A stretch of DNA of 64,000 bases from an uncultured delta proteobacterium (GTDB lineage Bacteria; Desulfobacterota; Binatia; UBA9968), in the NCBI GenBank assembly GCA_963771465.1, contig CAVYTU010000005.1:59957-123956 (forward strand), given 5' to 3'. This document shows, piece by piece, positions 1-10,174 of the stretch; position 1 is the stretch's first letter, and each line of letters begins with the position of its first letter. Position numbers and translations under genes: made by a program. A model generated the notes under the pieces. The model saw nothing but the letters and a program-made list of their open reading frames with translations, was not told where the DNA came from and searched no databases.

Positions 1-1008
1 TTATTGGTAAAGTTTTTTGTAAAAGCCGCTCTGTTCTAATTGCTTGACGATGCGCGCGTCGATAAACGATTCGGCATCGGCGCTTTTCGCTTTAGGAATA
101 TCCGGAGCGATGAAATCAAGCAAGGTCTTGACGCCTTGCAGCGATACGTACGGTGTCTGATCGAGATATTTACCCGCGTACAAGTCATAGGTCTTCTCAA
201 TGTAAACGCTTTGGCCGTGATCGAGCCTGAGTTTTTTGCGCAACACGTCGATGCTCTGGGCTTTGTTTTTCTTGATGAAGGCGATGCCCTCCGAATAGCC
301 CCTGATAAATCTCGTCGCTTGATCTTCCGAATTTTTTAGATAGTCGCGGCTGGTCGATAGCGTGCTTTGCAGCGAGTAGAGTTTCATGTCGGCCAGGTCG
401 GCCAAGGTGCGATTACCTTTTTCCTCGGCGATGAAATCCGAAGGCGAGGTCAATATCGCGGCATCGATCAAGTGTTTTTCCAAGCTCAGGATCATCGTCG
501 GCGACGGACCGATTTGCAATATCACCACGTCCTCAGGCTTCATCGACCAGCGTTTGAGCAGCATGAGCAGCACAGAGTGAGTGTTGGAACCGAAGGCGGT
601 GACGCCGACCCGTTTGCCTCGGAGGTCATCGGGGGTCTTGATTTCCGGCCGCGCCATCAAACGCTGGGTGCTCAAGTTCACGTTCGAAGCGACCATCGTT
701 ACGTCGATGCCGCGCAGCGCCGCGTTGATCACGCCGACGCCGCCGATGATCATGAACTGTACGTCTTTGGCGACCAAGGCGTTCATGCCGCGGGCCGCGC
801 CACCGCCGATGAAAATCACTTGCGCATCGATGCCGTGTTTTTTGAATAGCCCCTTTTCCTCTGCGACCCAGACCGCCCAGTTAGTCGGACTGAGTGCGCT
901 CAGTCCGACCCGAACGCGGTCCAAGCTTTGGGAATACGAGTCGTGGCTGAGCAAAACCAAAATCAGGCCGATTAAAAATGCAAGATGGTGGCTGTTTCTG
1001 AATCTCAT
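1..1008 (-). CDS. NitT/TauT (SsuA/THI5-like) ABC transporter substrate-binding protein
   Basis: Signal peptide; WVAEEKGLFKKHGID and DLRGKRVGVTAFGS motifs; C-terminal FIDARIVKQLEQSGF typical of the family. Confidence 0.85.
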   Translation of the reverse strand: MRFRNSHHLAFLIGLILVLLSHDSYSQSLDRVRVGLSALSPTNWAVWVAEEKGLFKKHGIDAQVIFIGGGAARGMNALVAKDVQFMIIGGVGVINAALRGIDVTMVASNVNLSTQRLMARPEIKTPDDLRGKRVGVTAFGSNTHSVLLMLLKRWSMKPEDVVILQIGPSPTMILSLEKHLIDAAILTSPSDFIAEEKGNRTLADLADMKLYSLQSTLSTSRDYLKNSEDQATRFIRGYSEGIAFIKKNKAQSIDVLRKKLRLDHGQSVYIEKTYDLYAGKYLDQTPYVSLQGVKTLLDFIAPDIPKAKSADAESFIDARIVKQLEQSGFYKKLYQ

Positions 1009-1269
1009 TTATTGTTTTCTCCTAGCCCAGATTGTTCGCAATCAGATTACGATCGGGTGTGACTCTTGCGGAACGATGGCAAAGCATTCGTGTCTTGAGG
1101 ATACCAGCGAGGCATGTTGCTTATGAGACCAGAATCGAAAGGGTCAAATAGGGTGCCAAGCGTCGAGCAAAAATGAGACATTCAGGCCGATGCCTTCGTT
1201 CCTCCGGGGTCGTACCTCGATCAACATTGTGCCAACAGGTTCAGTCGTAGCATGAATGATCCAGGCTGG

Positions 1270-2247
1270 CTACTTTCCGGCGTTAACTTGTCGGACAAAG
1301 CGATCGTCGAAAAATTGTGAAGGCTTGGCTGATTTCGCTTCGGGGATCGATTCAGCGAGGAAATCCAACATGCCTTGCAGTCCTGGTTCCGAAGTGACCA
1401 ACTCCCGGCGAAAGCCGGCCTTCTTGTAGAATTCGTAACTGCGGTCGAGCACTTCTTGGTCGGTTTCCTTGGCGTATTTGGCGATGACTTTCACGGCGAA
1501 CTGCTTGTCGGCGTAGAAACGATCGATGCCGGCGCGCACGGCGCGAAGCATCGGCACGAGCCGAGGGCCGAGCTCGTCGAGGCGGCTTTTTCGCACGACC
1601 AGGCCGACGTTTTGATAAGGCTCACCGATGAGACTGACTAGTGAGCGGAAACCGTCGCGTTCCATCTTGAAGCTGGCGGGCGGCGAGCCGACGCCGCCGG
1701 CGATCTGTCCGGCATAAAATGCCGCGACGATCTGCGGGCTGCTACCGAGCGGGCGAAGCTGTACGTCTTTCGGCGTCAGTCCCAGTTTTTTGAGCGCGAC
1801 TACCGTGCCGTAATAGACCGGTGTCGCCGGACGATCGGTGCCGACGATTTTGCCTTTCAGTTGCTCGACATTTTTGATTTCCGGGCGCACGTAGAAATCC
1901 CAGATCATCGTATTCAGCAGTCCGGCGATGAATGTGACGTCGATGCCGCGCAAGGACGCCGTCAACACTGGTGCAGCCGAGACCTGCACGACGTCGATCT
2001 CATTGGCGATCAACGCGGGGATTGCGCTGGTCGACTGCATGGTGAGAACTTCGATGTCCAAGCCTTCTCTGGCGAAACCGCCTATCTCTTTCGCCATCCA
2101 CACCGATGCCATTGTCACCGTTGTGCTCAGGTAAGCGATGCGCAAAGGCCGGTTTGGGCGACTCTGCGCATGCACTTGCGGTGTCGCGGTGACGACCGGG
2201 ACTAGCGAGAGAACTATTAGGAACAAGGCTTTCGGATATCCGAACAT
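1270..2247 (-). CDS. NitT/TauT-family substrate-binding protein
   Basis: WMAKEIGGFAREGLD and QLKGKIVG motifs; probable ATG at 2247 (MFGYPKALF signal peptide). Confidence 0.85.
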   Translation of the reverse strand: MFGYPKALFLIVLSLVPVVTATPQVHAQSRPNRPLRIAYLSTTVTMASVWMAKEIGGFAREGLDIEVLTMQSTSAIPALIANEIDVVQVSAAPVLTASLRGIDVTFIAGLLNTMIWDFYVRPEIKNVEQLKGKIVGTDRPATPVYYGTVVALKKLGLTPKDVQLRPLGSSPQIVAAFYAGQIAGGVGSPPASFKMERDGFRSLVSLIGEPYQNVGLVVRKSRLDELGPRLVPMLRAVRAGIDRFYADKQFAVKVIAKYAKETDQEVLDRSYEFYKKAGFRRELVTSEPGLQGMLDFLAESIPEAKSAKPSQFFDDRFVRQVNAGK

Positions 2248-2610
2248 TAAGTCACCTCGGACGACTAATCGCGAATCTAATGCACTCTGGTCAGGTTGGC
2301 CGGTAAGATAGGGCAGGTAGCTCCTGCCGGTCAAGCCTACTAGCGGTTGGCGGGTGGCCAATGTGCCTTGCAACGGGTGCAAATACGCTCAACGTCGCAC
2401 AATTCGGTGCGCTGCCGATGGCCGGACGGTACAAATAGCTCCGAAATTTCCTGTTTGTTGCCACTTTCCGTGGTTTTATTCTGGGCACGGGCCTTGCTCA
2501 ATTGGTGGCTGAGAGATAGACCGATGGAGCGGTCAAACAAGTCGACCCGTTAACGATTTGAGGTCGTAACCGTCAATGAGTCAGGTGAGGACAAAATTAG
2601 GAGGTGTTTT

Positions 2611-2772
2611 ATGAGTGACACTTCAAGACCACTTATAGCTCTCGGTTTTACCATCCTGATGTTGATTGGTCTGTTGGTCTTCGATCCAAGGCCGGTACGC
2701 TTTGCTGCGCTCGCGGGCGATAGCGAATCGAAAGTTACTGAGCTCGGCCTGCGCTTTACTATGCAACGTTAG
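2611..2772 (+). CDS. 53-aa small membrane protein (below ORF-track cutoff)
   Basis: AGGAGGTG Shine-Dalgarno before ATG 2611; MSDTSRPLIALGFTILMLIGLLVFDPRP... has one hydrophobic helix; TAG at 2770-2772. Confidence 0.55.
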   Translation: MSDTSRPLIALGFTILMLIGLLVFDPRPVRFAALAGDSESKVTELGLRFTMQR

Positions 2773-2827
2773 TCTGGCTGTCCGATACTCGCCGCGTTCA
2801 CCGATCACGGCGTTTCGTTCTCGTTAG

Positions 2828-3822
2828 TTAAAACCGGCCTTCTTTCTCTAGTTTTCTAAGCACGCTGTCGTCGATCAATTCTTCAGCTTTTAACCGGCGA
2901 ATCTTTTCATTGGTTGTGCCGAGCAGGCGGATCACGTTGCGAATGCCGTCGACGCTTGGATAAATTTTCTTGTCATAGATTGTCGGCAAGCTTTGATAGC
3001 CTTCCTCGGCGTCTTCGAGCCGCGGCAGACGCATGCCTTTAGCAACGGCGCGGATCACTTCAGATTTGTTGGCGGGATTCCTGATAAAAGTCACCGCGTC
3101 GAGTAATCCTTTGAAAACACTTTCGGCGGTCGCCGGTGACGACTTCATGAAGCTGCGCCGTGAGATCAGCCCCGAGCCTTGGTAGGCGATCGGCAGCTTT
3201 TCTACGTCGGCGAGCACCGTGTAGCCTTTGTTTTGTAGATTCTTTCCATGCGCATAACCGACCAGGACGGCGTCCACTGTGCCGGCCATGAAACCTTGCA
3301 CCATGACGGTTTGATCGCCGAGTGAACGAAACTGTATTTTGTCACGCTCCGGCGACAGGCCCCAGTGATCGAGCGTGAGCATGGAAAAAATCCAGCCGCC
3401 GCCGCTCAGGCTATTGACGCCGACGCTTTTGCCTCTCAAGTCAGCCGGAGTTTTGATCTTCGGATGAGCCATGAACATGCCAGTGAGCCGGTTAATGAAG
3501 CCGGCGACGAAAACTAGCTCTGCGCCTTCGGCGATGGCGCCGAGATTGGCGCCGGACACCGAGCCCCAGTGAAACTGCGATTCACCCGAGCTGAGCGCGG
3601 CCATGCCGATGGGCCCGCTGCGCGTCTGGACGAAGTGTACGTCGACACCGTATTTGCGGAAGTAGCCTTGCTCCTGCGCGACATAGATCGCCGCTTCACG
3701 CTCGCTCACCGAGCCGGTGGTGAGCAGGACTTTGGTGAGCGGCGCGGCCGCGTCGAGCGGATTCAAACGGAGCCGCAAGAATCGAGGGACACAATTAGCA
3801 ATCCAAATGAACGAACCATCAT
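2828..3822 (-). CDS. NitT/TauT-family substrate-binding protein, frameshift in signal peptide
   Basis: YVAQEQGYFRKYGVD and DLRGKSVGV motifs; upstream MMVRSFGLLIVSL is in another frame. Confidence 0.8.
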
Positions 3823-3858
3823 CGCAATAAATCTCCGTTCAACTCGCAGGATTTCATT

Positions 3859-4854
3859 TCACTTGATCAACTTGGTCGCGCGGGCGAGCAACTCCGGCGG
3901 AATCGTTAGGCCGATCTGCTTGGCTGTTTTCAGATTGACGACAAACTCGAACTTCATCGGCTGCTCAACTGGTAGATCGGCAGGCTTCGCGCCCTTGAGA
4001 ATTCTGTCGATGTAGTATGCGACGCGCCGGTAGCTGTCCGCTTGGTCCGCCGCGTAGTACATGAGCCCACCAGCATTTACATATTCACTTCTGAGGTACA
4101 TCGACGGCAACCGGCTCTTTAACGCCAAGGCCCACAATCCGTTTTTGGTTAGCACGTCATTAGCGGGCTCGCGAGCACGTAGAGTCCATCCGGGCGCTGC
4201 TTGTTCAGCGCAGCGAATACCTTCTCGAAACCGTCCGCATCTCGTAGCTCCCAAGGCTGAATAGTCAACCGCAGCGCACGCGCCGCGGCTGGGAGAACCT
4301 CTTTCAGCTCGAGTGCACTGCCCAGAGTAGCCGGATCGTAGAGAACCGCGACACGGGCAAGTTTCGGAACGGCTTCTTTGAGCAGCTCCAGCCGCTTCCC
4401 GCCTAGGTCTCTGGTAAGGTTTGTAATGCCGGTGACGTTGCCGCCAGGACGGGCAAGGCTTTCAATTAGGCCCGTCTTGACAGGATCGACCCCAGCGCCC
4501 ACCATAACGATAGGAATCGTCTTGGTCGCGTTCTTGGCCGCCTGGACCAGATCTGGCCCCGCCTGCTGCCACGATGATATCGACCTTGAGACGCACCAGC
4601 TCGGCCGCAAGCTCAGGAAACCGATCCCGCTTCCCCTCCGCATATCGGTACTCGATGGCGATGTTCTGTCCTTCTATGTAGCCACGCTCGCGCAGAGCCA
4701 GCCGAATTCCCTTGGAACGGGTGGACTCACTAGCTGGATCGACATTTGATACATACCCTATCAGAGGGACTTTCTTCGGCTGCTGCGCCCGGGCTGGAAA
4801 GGGAAGAGCCAAGAGTATCGAGCAGAAAGCTCGCCGAGTGATTCTGGTTTTCAT
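3859..4854 (-). CDS. ABC_sub_bind (TrpX-like) substrate-binding protein split by about two frameshifts
   Basis: AQQPKKVPLIGY, SLARPGGNVTG and ILKGAKPADLPVEQPMKFEFVVNLKTAKQIG spread over three frames. Confidence 0.85.
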
Positions 4855-4878
4855 TGGGTTGCTCACGTTACAGACGAA

Positions 4879-4960
4879 TGGAGTGTTGGAGTAATGGAGT
4901 ATTGGCATGTGTCCGGACCAATCACTCCATCACTCCAATACTCCACTATTCCATCACTCC
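4879..4960. repeat. Hairpin of tandem 8-mers (TGGAGTNN ... NNACTCCA), family A copy 1
   Basis: TGGAGTGT TGGAGTAA TGGAGTAT TGG, loop, then ATCACTCC ATCACTCC AATACTCC ACTATTCC ATCACTCC. Confidence 0.9.
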
Positions 4961-4966
4961 GCCTTC

Positions 4967-5528
4967 TCACGGCGTATTTTGCACCACCGGACGATTCAGC
5001 AACCGGTTCATCCAAGCTTTGACAATGGGTATGTCATCGCCAATCGTCGCTTGATAGCGTTCGAGCCGGCAGAAGAACGGGATGTAGGTGATGTCGGCCA
5101 ACGAGTAGTCGCCGGCGATAAAATCTTTGTTGCGCATCTCTTGATTCAAAGTCGCCAGATGTTGCTTCATCTGTTCTTTGGACTTTTCGACTTGGTAGTC
5201 GTGCGCGACATTACCCGCGGCCGGCTTGTAAGCGCGTGTTGGCGAAGTCGATCCAGATGCGCGCCCGCGCCCGTTGGTAGGGATCTTTCGGCATCAGCGG
5301 TATCGCGGGAAATTTTTCCTCCAAGTATTCATCGATGATCGCCGACTCGTAGATCACTGCATCGCCATCTTCCAACACGGGGACTTTGCCGTAGGGATTG
5401 CGCTCGAGCAGCTCTTTCGATTTGTTCTTCAAGTCGCACTCGATGAGATCGTATGAGATGTTCTTTTCGGCCAGGACAATCCTTGTCCTGTGGGCGTAGG
5501 GTCAAGGCTGATAGGAAAACAATTTCAT
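4967..5528 (-). CDS. Glutathione S-transferase (omega/SspA-like), predicted selenoprotein (Sec at codon 9); one frameshift near 5222
   Basis: GGAGGTG SD, ATG 5528: MKLFSYQP-TGA-PYAHRTRIVLAEKNI...NPYGKVPVLEDG...ESAIIDEYLEE in one frame; C-terminal FIAGDYSLADI in the next frame. Confidence 0.85.
5472..5490 (-). promoter_or_regulatory. Putative bacterial SECIS element
   Basis: CAGGACAA-GGA-TTGTCCTG perfect 8-bp hairpin beginning 11 nt after the in-frame UGA (5504-5502), G-led loop. Confidence 0.75.
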
Positions 5529-5776
5529 GATTCACCTCCGTGGTTAAAGTTTAGTCGACGAGCCATTGGCAACGAATATAGGGGAGGCAGTAGACAATAG
5601 GCAACCGAAAAGGCATGGGGCGAGAGGCATGTAGTCATGGCCGCCGCTTTCAGCAAATTTCTTGGTGCGCGTAAAATAGGGCAGACAAACTGCGGCGTCA
5701 AGGAGAAATCTCCCCGCTATCGTTGTCTCGTTACGCATGTTTGTGGTTTAGAAATGAACCAGAGGAGTAACCAACA

Positions 5777-6817
5777 ATGCTGTTACCATTTCGTGAACAC
5801 TTAGACTTCGGACCGACGCCGTATGATTTGCTGCAACAGAAAGAAGGAATTCCGATCGTCAAAGGCAATGTCGTTAAGGACGTGACGACTTTGGAGCTGG
5901 GCCATTGGCAGCGCATGGGCGTTCCCGGTTGTTATATAAACTTATCCAACCAGCAGCGGACCGATGCTTACGTGTGCGAGATTCCGCCGAGCGGCCAGAG
6001 CTTGCCGCAGCGCCACCTCTTCGAAGAAATTGTTTATGTCGCCAAGGGACACGGTGCGACCTCGGTATCGCAGGAGGGCACAGCGAAGGTGACGTTCGAG
6101 TGGGGACCGGGGGCGATCTTCGCGATCCCGCTCAATTCGACCTACGTGCACTTCAACGGCTCGGGCAACGAGGTGATCCGTTTGTTTGTCGGCACGACTT
6201 GTCCGGCCATGATCAATATTTTTCACAATGAGGATTTTATCTTTCGCAATCCGTTCAACTTTCGCGATCGCTTTCACGAGGGCGATGAGTTCCTTCGTTA
6301 CAACAAGCATGTGACGGATCGCTACTGGGAGACCAATCTGGTTCCCGACGTCAACCAATTCCCGCTCGACGATTTTCCGATGAAGGGGAAGAACGTCAAG
6401 CATATGCGCTATACATTGGCGGATACGACCTACGGTTGTCACGTGTCGGAATTCCCCGCGGGCTGCCGCAGCACGTTTCACCGTCACGGGCCCGGCGCTG
6501 TCATCATCATCACGCAGGGCGAAGGTTACGTGGTGTTGTGGAAGGACGGCGAGGAGCGCCAGCGCCATGAATTTCAAGTCGGCACGGTGTATTCGCCCGA
6601 CGATCTCATGTGGCACGGCCATTTCAATACTGGTACGGGGACGATGCGCCACTTCGCCATGCGCGGCGACAGCCCGAAATACAGCCACGACCGCTTTCGC
6701 AATCCGGCCTGGACGATGATTCCAATGAGCGACGAGGACCCGGCGATCCAGCGAGAATACGTCGAGATTCTCCAGCGCAAAGGGGTGAAAGCGGCGCTGC
6801 AGGTGGTGGAAGACTGA
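5777..6817 (+). CDS. Bicupin (gentisate-dioxygenase-like) protein
   Basis: Two cupin motifs: QRHLFEE...YVHFN and FHRHGPG...WHGHFN; GAGGAG SD. Confidence 0.75.
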   Translation: MLLPFREHLDFGPTPYDLLQQKEGIPIVKGNVVKDVTTLELGHWQRMGVPGCYINLSNQQRTDAYVCEIPPSGQSLPQRHLFEEIVYVAKGHGATSVSQEGTAKVTFEWGPGAIFAIPLNSTYVHFNGSGNEVIRLFVGTTCPAMINIFHNEDFIFRNPFNFRDRFHEGDEFLRYNKHVTDRYWETNLVPDVNQFPLDDFPMKGKNVKHMRYTLADTTYGCHVSEFPAGCRSTFHRHGPGAVIIITQGEGYVVLWKDGEERQRHEFQVGTVYSPDDLMWHGHFNTGTGTMRHFAMRGDSPKYSHDRFRNPAWTMIPMSDEDPAIQREYVEILQRKGVKAALQVVED

Positions 6818-6821
6818 AGAG

Positions 6822-7281
6822 AATTAAAAATGCAAAATTAAACATTAAAAAAGGGGAGGCGACCATGGAATTAAATAAGGCGCCGGCCATTACGGTGAGA
6901 TGCTTCGATTTTGCCGTCAACGTCGTTGCTTCTGTCAAAAACTCGACACGAAGCCGGGAGTAAGCCGGATTTTGAGTCGGCAGCTTCTACGATCTGGCAC
7001 CTCAGTGGGAGCGAATGTCGAAGAAGCACAAGCCGCGCAAAGCACCGCGGACTTTGTCAGCAAATGTTCGATCTCACTCAGAGAAGCCCGCGAATCAAAT
7101 TATTGGCTGCGATTGTTGGAAGCCTCGGGCGAAAATGCAAGTGATGACCTCAAGCTCTTGGCGCGTGAAGCGGATGAACTATCACGTATCATCGGTACGA
7201 TCATTGTCAAAACTAAGAACCGGCGAAAAGATCAGTAAACTTGCTTCCCCTTTTTTAACTTTTAATTTTGAATTTTTAATT
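6822..7281 (+). mobile_element. Four-helix-bundle gene cassette bounded by 40-bp terminal inverted repeats
   Basis: 6822-6861 vs reverse complement of 7242-7281: 35/40 identical; AT-rich 7-mer periodicity in a GC-rich context; mobility itself is inferred. Confidence 0.6.
6865..7238 (+). CDS. Four-helix-bundle protein (23S rRNA-IVS protein / TIGR02436-like), one frameshift near 6925
   Basis: MELNKAPAITVRCFDFAVNVV then QLLRSGTSVGANVEEAQAAQSTADFVSKCSISLREARESNYWLRLL signature. Confidence 0.9.
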
Positions 7282-8425
7282 ATCTCAGCGGCAGCTCCTC
7301 CGCCTTCAGTCCGAACCAGTTCTTGGCATTCTCACCCAGGACGTGTCTCAGCTTGTCTTCCGTCATACCGGGGATTTTTCTTACTTCTTTAACCGAGTCG
7401 GGGAATTCGGAATCCCAGTGGCGGTAGTCGGAGGCGTACATGACTTGGTTGATGCCGATGGTGTCGAGCACGTAGGGCAAGATCGCTTCTTCCGGCTCGC
7501 AGGTGAAGGCAACTTGCGAGCTCTTGATGATTTCGGACGGTTTGCGTTTGAGCAGCGGCCACTGTGGGCGGAGCTTGTGAAAATGCTCGTCCAATCTTTC
7601 CGACCAGAATGGCAGCCAGCCGCAGGCGCCTTCCATGAAGCCAACTTTGAGTTTGGGAAAGCGGTCGAACACGCCTTCGCCGATCATGTGCATGAGTGCG
7701 ATCATTAATTCAAAAGGGAACGCGGTCATGTGCACGTAGCTGTATTTCTCCATGCGCTCGCTGCCGGCGCCCATAACGCCCCAGACACCGTACTGGCCGT
7801 CATGTTCGGTTTGTGGATGGACCGACAACGGTATGCTCAGGTCCTGCGCGGCGGCGTAAACCGGATCGAACATGCGGTGGCCCAAATTGATGCCATAAAC
7901 ATTGGTCGGTAGCATGGCGGTGACGATGGAGGCGCGCTGCTTGGCGAGAAATTCCAACTCCTTCACCGCCGCCGGCGGGTCTTGCACCGGGATTAGACCA
8001 ACACCTTTCAAACGTTTCGGATCAGGGGCGAGATATTCTTCGACTAACCAGCGGTTGACGGCGTGGCATAGGACCGCGGCGAGCGGCTTGTCGGCCATGC
8101 CGTTAACCATCAACGCGATCGAGGTGCCGAAAATGATCGCGACATCGATGCCTTCCTCATCCATGTCAGGCAAGCGCTTGAGTGGGTCGGTCATGCCCGG
8201 CCGGCTGCGTTCGATGTGCTCGGCGAAAACTTCGCCGCGATCGGCGCCGCCGCCCCAACGGCGTCGGCCGGCGAGGCGGCCTTCGATCATCAAGTGGGAA
8301 TAACCGGAACTGTCGGTGACGCGGTTGGGCGCGAGATGGGCCATTTCCTTCGGCATCCACTTCGCCAATTGATTATCCGGTTCGTAGCAATGTCCGTCGG
8401 CATCGATCACGAAGTTGGACGTCAT
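7280..8425 (-). CDS. Amidohydrolase family 2 (LigW/ACMSD-like) protein
   Basis: IDADGH metal motif, DMDEEGID, FDRFPKLKVGFMEG, YASDYRHWD. Confidence 0.85.
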   Translation of the reverse strand: MTSNFVIDADGHCYEPDNQLAKWMPKEMAHLAPNRVTDSSGYSHLMIEGRLAGRRRWGGGADRGEVFAEHIERSRPGMTDPLKRLPDMDEEGIDVAIIFGTSIALMVNGMADKPLAAVLCHAVNRWLVEEYLAPDPKRLKGVGLIPVQDPPAAVKELEFLAKQRASIVTAMLPTNVYGINLGHRMFDPVYAAAQDLSIPLSVHPQTEHDGQYGVWGVMGAGSERMEKYSYVHMTAFPFELMIALMHMIGEGVFDRFPKLKVGFMEGACGWLPFWSERLDEHFHKLRPQWPLLKRKPSEIIKSSQVAFTCEPEEAILPYVLDTIGINQVMYASDYRHWDSEFPDSVKEVRKIPGMTEDKLRHVLGENAKNWFGLKAEELPLR

Positions 8426-8581
8426 AAATTCTCCTTTTTTGGCCGGGCGAGATTTTGTTTTCTTCCTAGTTGGGTTCTGCAACAATTGCAACTGAAACGA
8501 TTGCGCGGGCGGCTAGTTTCTGGTTAGCAAGGATGGAGTAAGTGGATTCACCGCGGCGGGAGCATTGGCGGAGAGGAAATT

Positions 8582-9010
8582 ATGAAACGAACGATTGTTG
8601 CGCTGGTTATGTTGCTATTGGTCGCCGAGGGCGCTCAAGCGGCGTGGCTTTTGTGGAGGCATAGCCTGGTGACCCGACGAGTCGAGGGAACACCGCGCGG
8701 GCTTTTACCCGAGGGTAACGTTGACAAATGGGAATTGCTCAATGCGGTCGATCTGCGCAAAGAATGCGTCACGGCGCTCAGAGCTGACCATAAAAAGAGC
8801 ATCGACAATTTAACGGCGGTCTATCCCAACGAGCCGGTATCACAATCGATCATCGCCGATGGAGTCAGTGCGTCGGTATCCGCCGGCGCGGAGAAAAGCG
8901 GCGGCGGGCCATCGGCGCGCACGACGCAGCTTTATTATGAATACACTTTTTGGTGCCTGCCGGCGGGAGTCGATCCAAAACTCATCAAGCCCGTCCCCGA
9001 GAGAAAATAG
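8582..9010 (+). CDS. Secreted hypothetical protein
   Basis: Signal peptide ending AQA-AW; GAGG SD; C-terminal CLPAGVDP. Confidence 0.7.
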   Translation: MKRTIVALVMLLLVAEGAQAAWLLWRHSLVTRRVEGTPRGLLPEGNVDKWELLNAVDLRKECVTALRADHKKSIDNLTAVYPNEPVSQSIIADGVSASVSAGAEKSGGGPSARTTQLYYEYTFWCLPAGVDPKLIKPVPERK

Positions 9011-9099
9011 CCGGGCGCAAATTCCTTGGAGAAGACTGGAACCGTTCGGTCATACCTTTCTACTACAGTTATCGCGCCGCGCCGAAAGCGTAGCTGAAG

Positions 9100-10139
9100 C
9101 TATTGACTGGCCGGCGCCAGCGCATAACCGGTACCGGCTTTGGGCAGGCCGAACTGACAGCGGGCAAGCAGGAAGCGGTCGAACTCCTGATCGGTGGAAA
9201 ATTTAAATCGCACCGCGTCGCTTTGATGCCATAATTCGCGCGACGGCACTTGGCATTGATTGCACCGGATGCCATTTTCGCAGTTGGCGGCCGGCGCGGC
9301 CAAAGTGGTGATGGTTGCCGTGGTGCCGATGCGCGGATCGGCGCCGCGCGCGTTGGCACGCACGACGACGCCTTTGCCGCCGTATTCGATCACCGGGAAA
9401 TTGCGCGCGCGTCGATCCGGGTTCAAATCCACCGGCGCTTCGGTTAGCACGCCGCTGAGTATTTCATGAGTCTGGGCGTTGAATTCGACTTCTTCGCCGG
9501 TCGGCAAGGTGACGAGATTTTTACCGTTGAAGTCGACGATCGCCGGCAGATAGTTGCGCGGGAAGAAATGCAGCAAAGTAAGCATCAACTCGCTCAGACG
9601 AAACTGCCGGTCACGGGACGCCACCCAATCGGTGACGAGTAGGTGAATGTCCTGGCGCGCCCGCTCGTCGAAACGAAACTGATAATCGCGCGTGTAAAAT
9701 TGGTTCTTGGCGGCGTCGCGGCGCGGCGTCAAGACGGGATTGCCGCCGTGGTTGGAAAACTCAAAACCGACGATGGTGCCGTCGCGGGTGCGCCGGTATT
9801 GCCATCTCGATTTCTGCGCCGCAGCGCCGGTTCTCGTGCTGACCGTGGTGTTGTATTGGAGCTTGGGAGAGGCCAGTTCTTTTTGCGGCGCGGCGATGAT
9901 CGACTCGGGCAGCAGTCTGGGAATCGATGGCAGGACGATTTCGGGAACGATTTCGGGTATCGCTTCGGGAATCTTGGCGATCTCGACTGGAGTCGTCGTT
10001 TCGGGGGTTTGACTAGTTTGTGGTGCATCCGTGCTGGGTGACGACGGCAGTGGAGTTTGTTGGCAAGCCATAACGGCCATCGCCGCACCAAGGCGGTTAG
10101 CGCAGCACCGAATCGATATCGTCGAAGGCCGTTCATCAT
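9100..10139 (-). CDS. Hypothetical lipoprotein, frameshift in signal peptide
   Basis: MMNGLRRYRFGAALTALV / AVMAC lipobox-like; Pro/Thr-rich linker; Cys-containing C-terminus. Confidence 0.6.
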
Positions 10140-10174
10140 TTCACTCGCTCACGTCGCCATAGTGTGCCCGTTCT

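Noticed and set aside
4879-4960. Tandem repeats as a CRISPR array
   Set aside because: Units are 7-9 nt with no unique spacers, and there are no cas genes.
6865-7238. Four-helix bundle as Avd of a diversity-generating retroelement, or as a true 23S rRNA IVS
   Set aside because: No reverse transcriptase, TR/VR pair or rRNA sequence is in the window.
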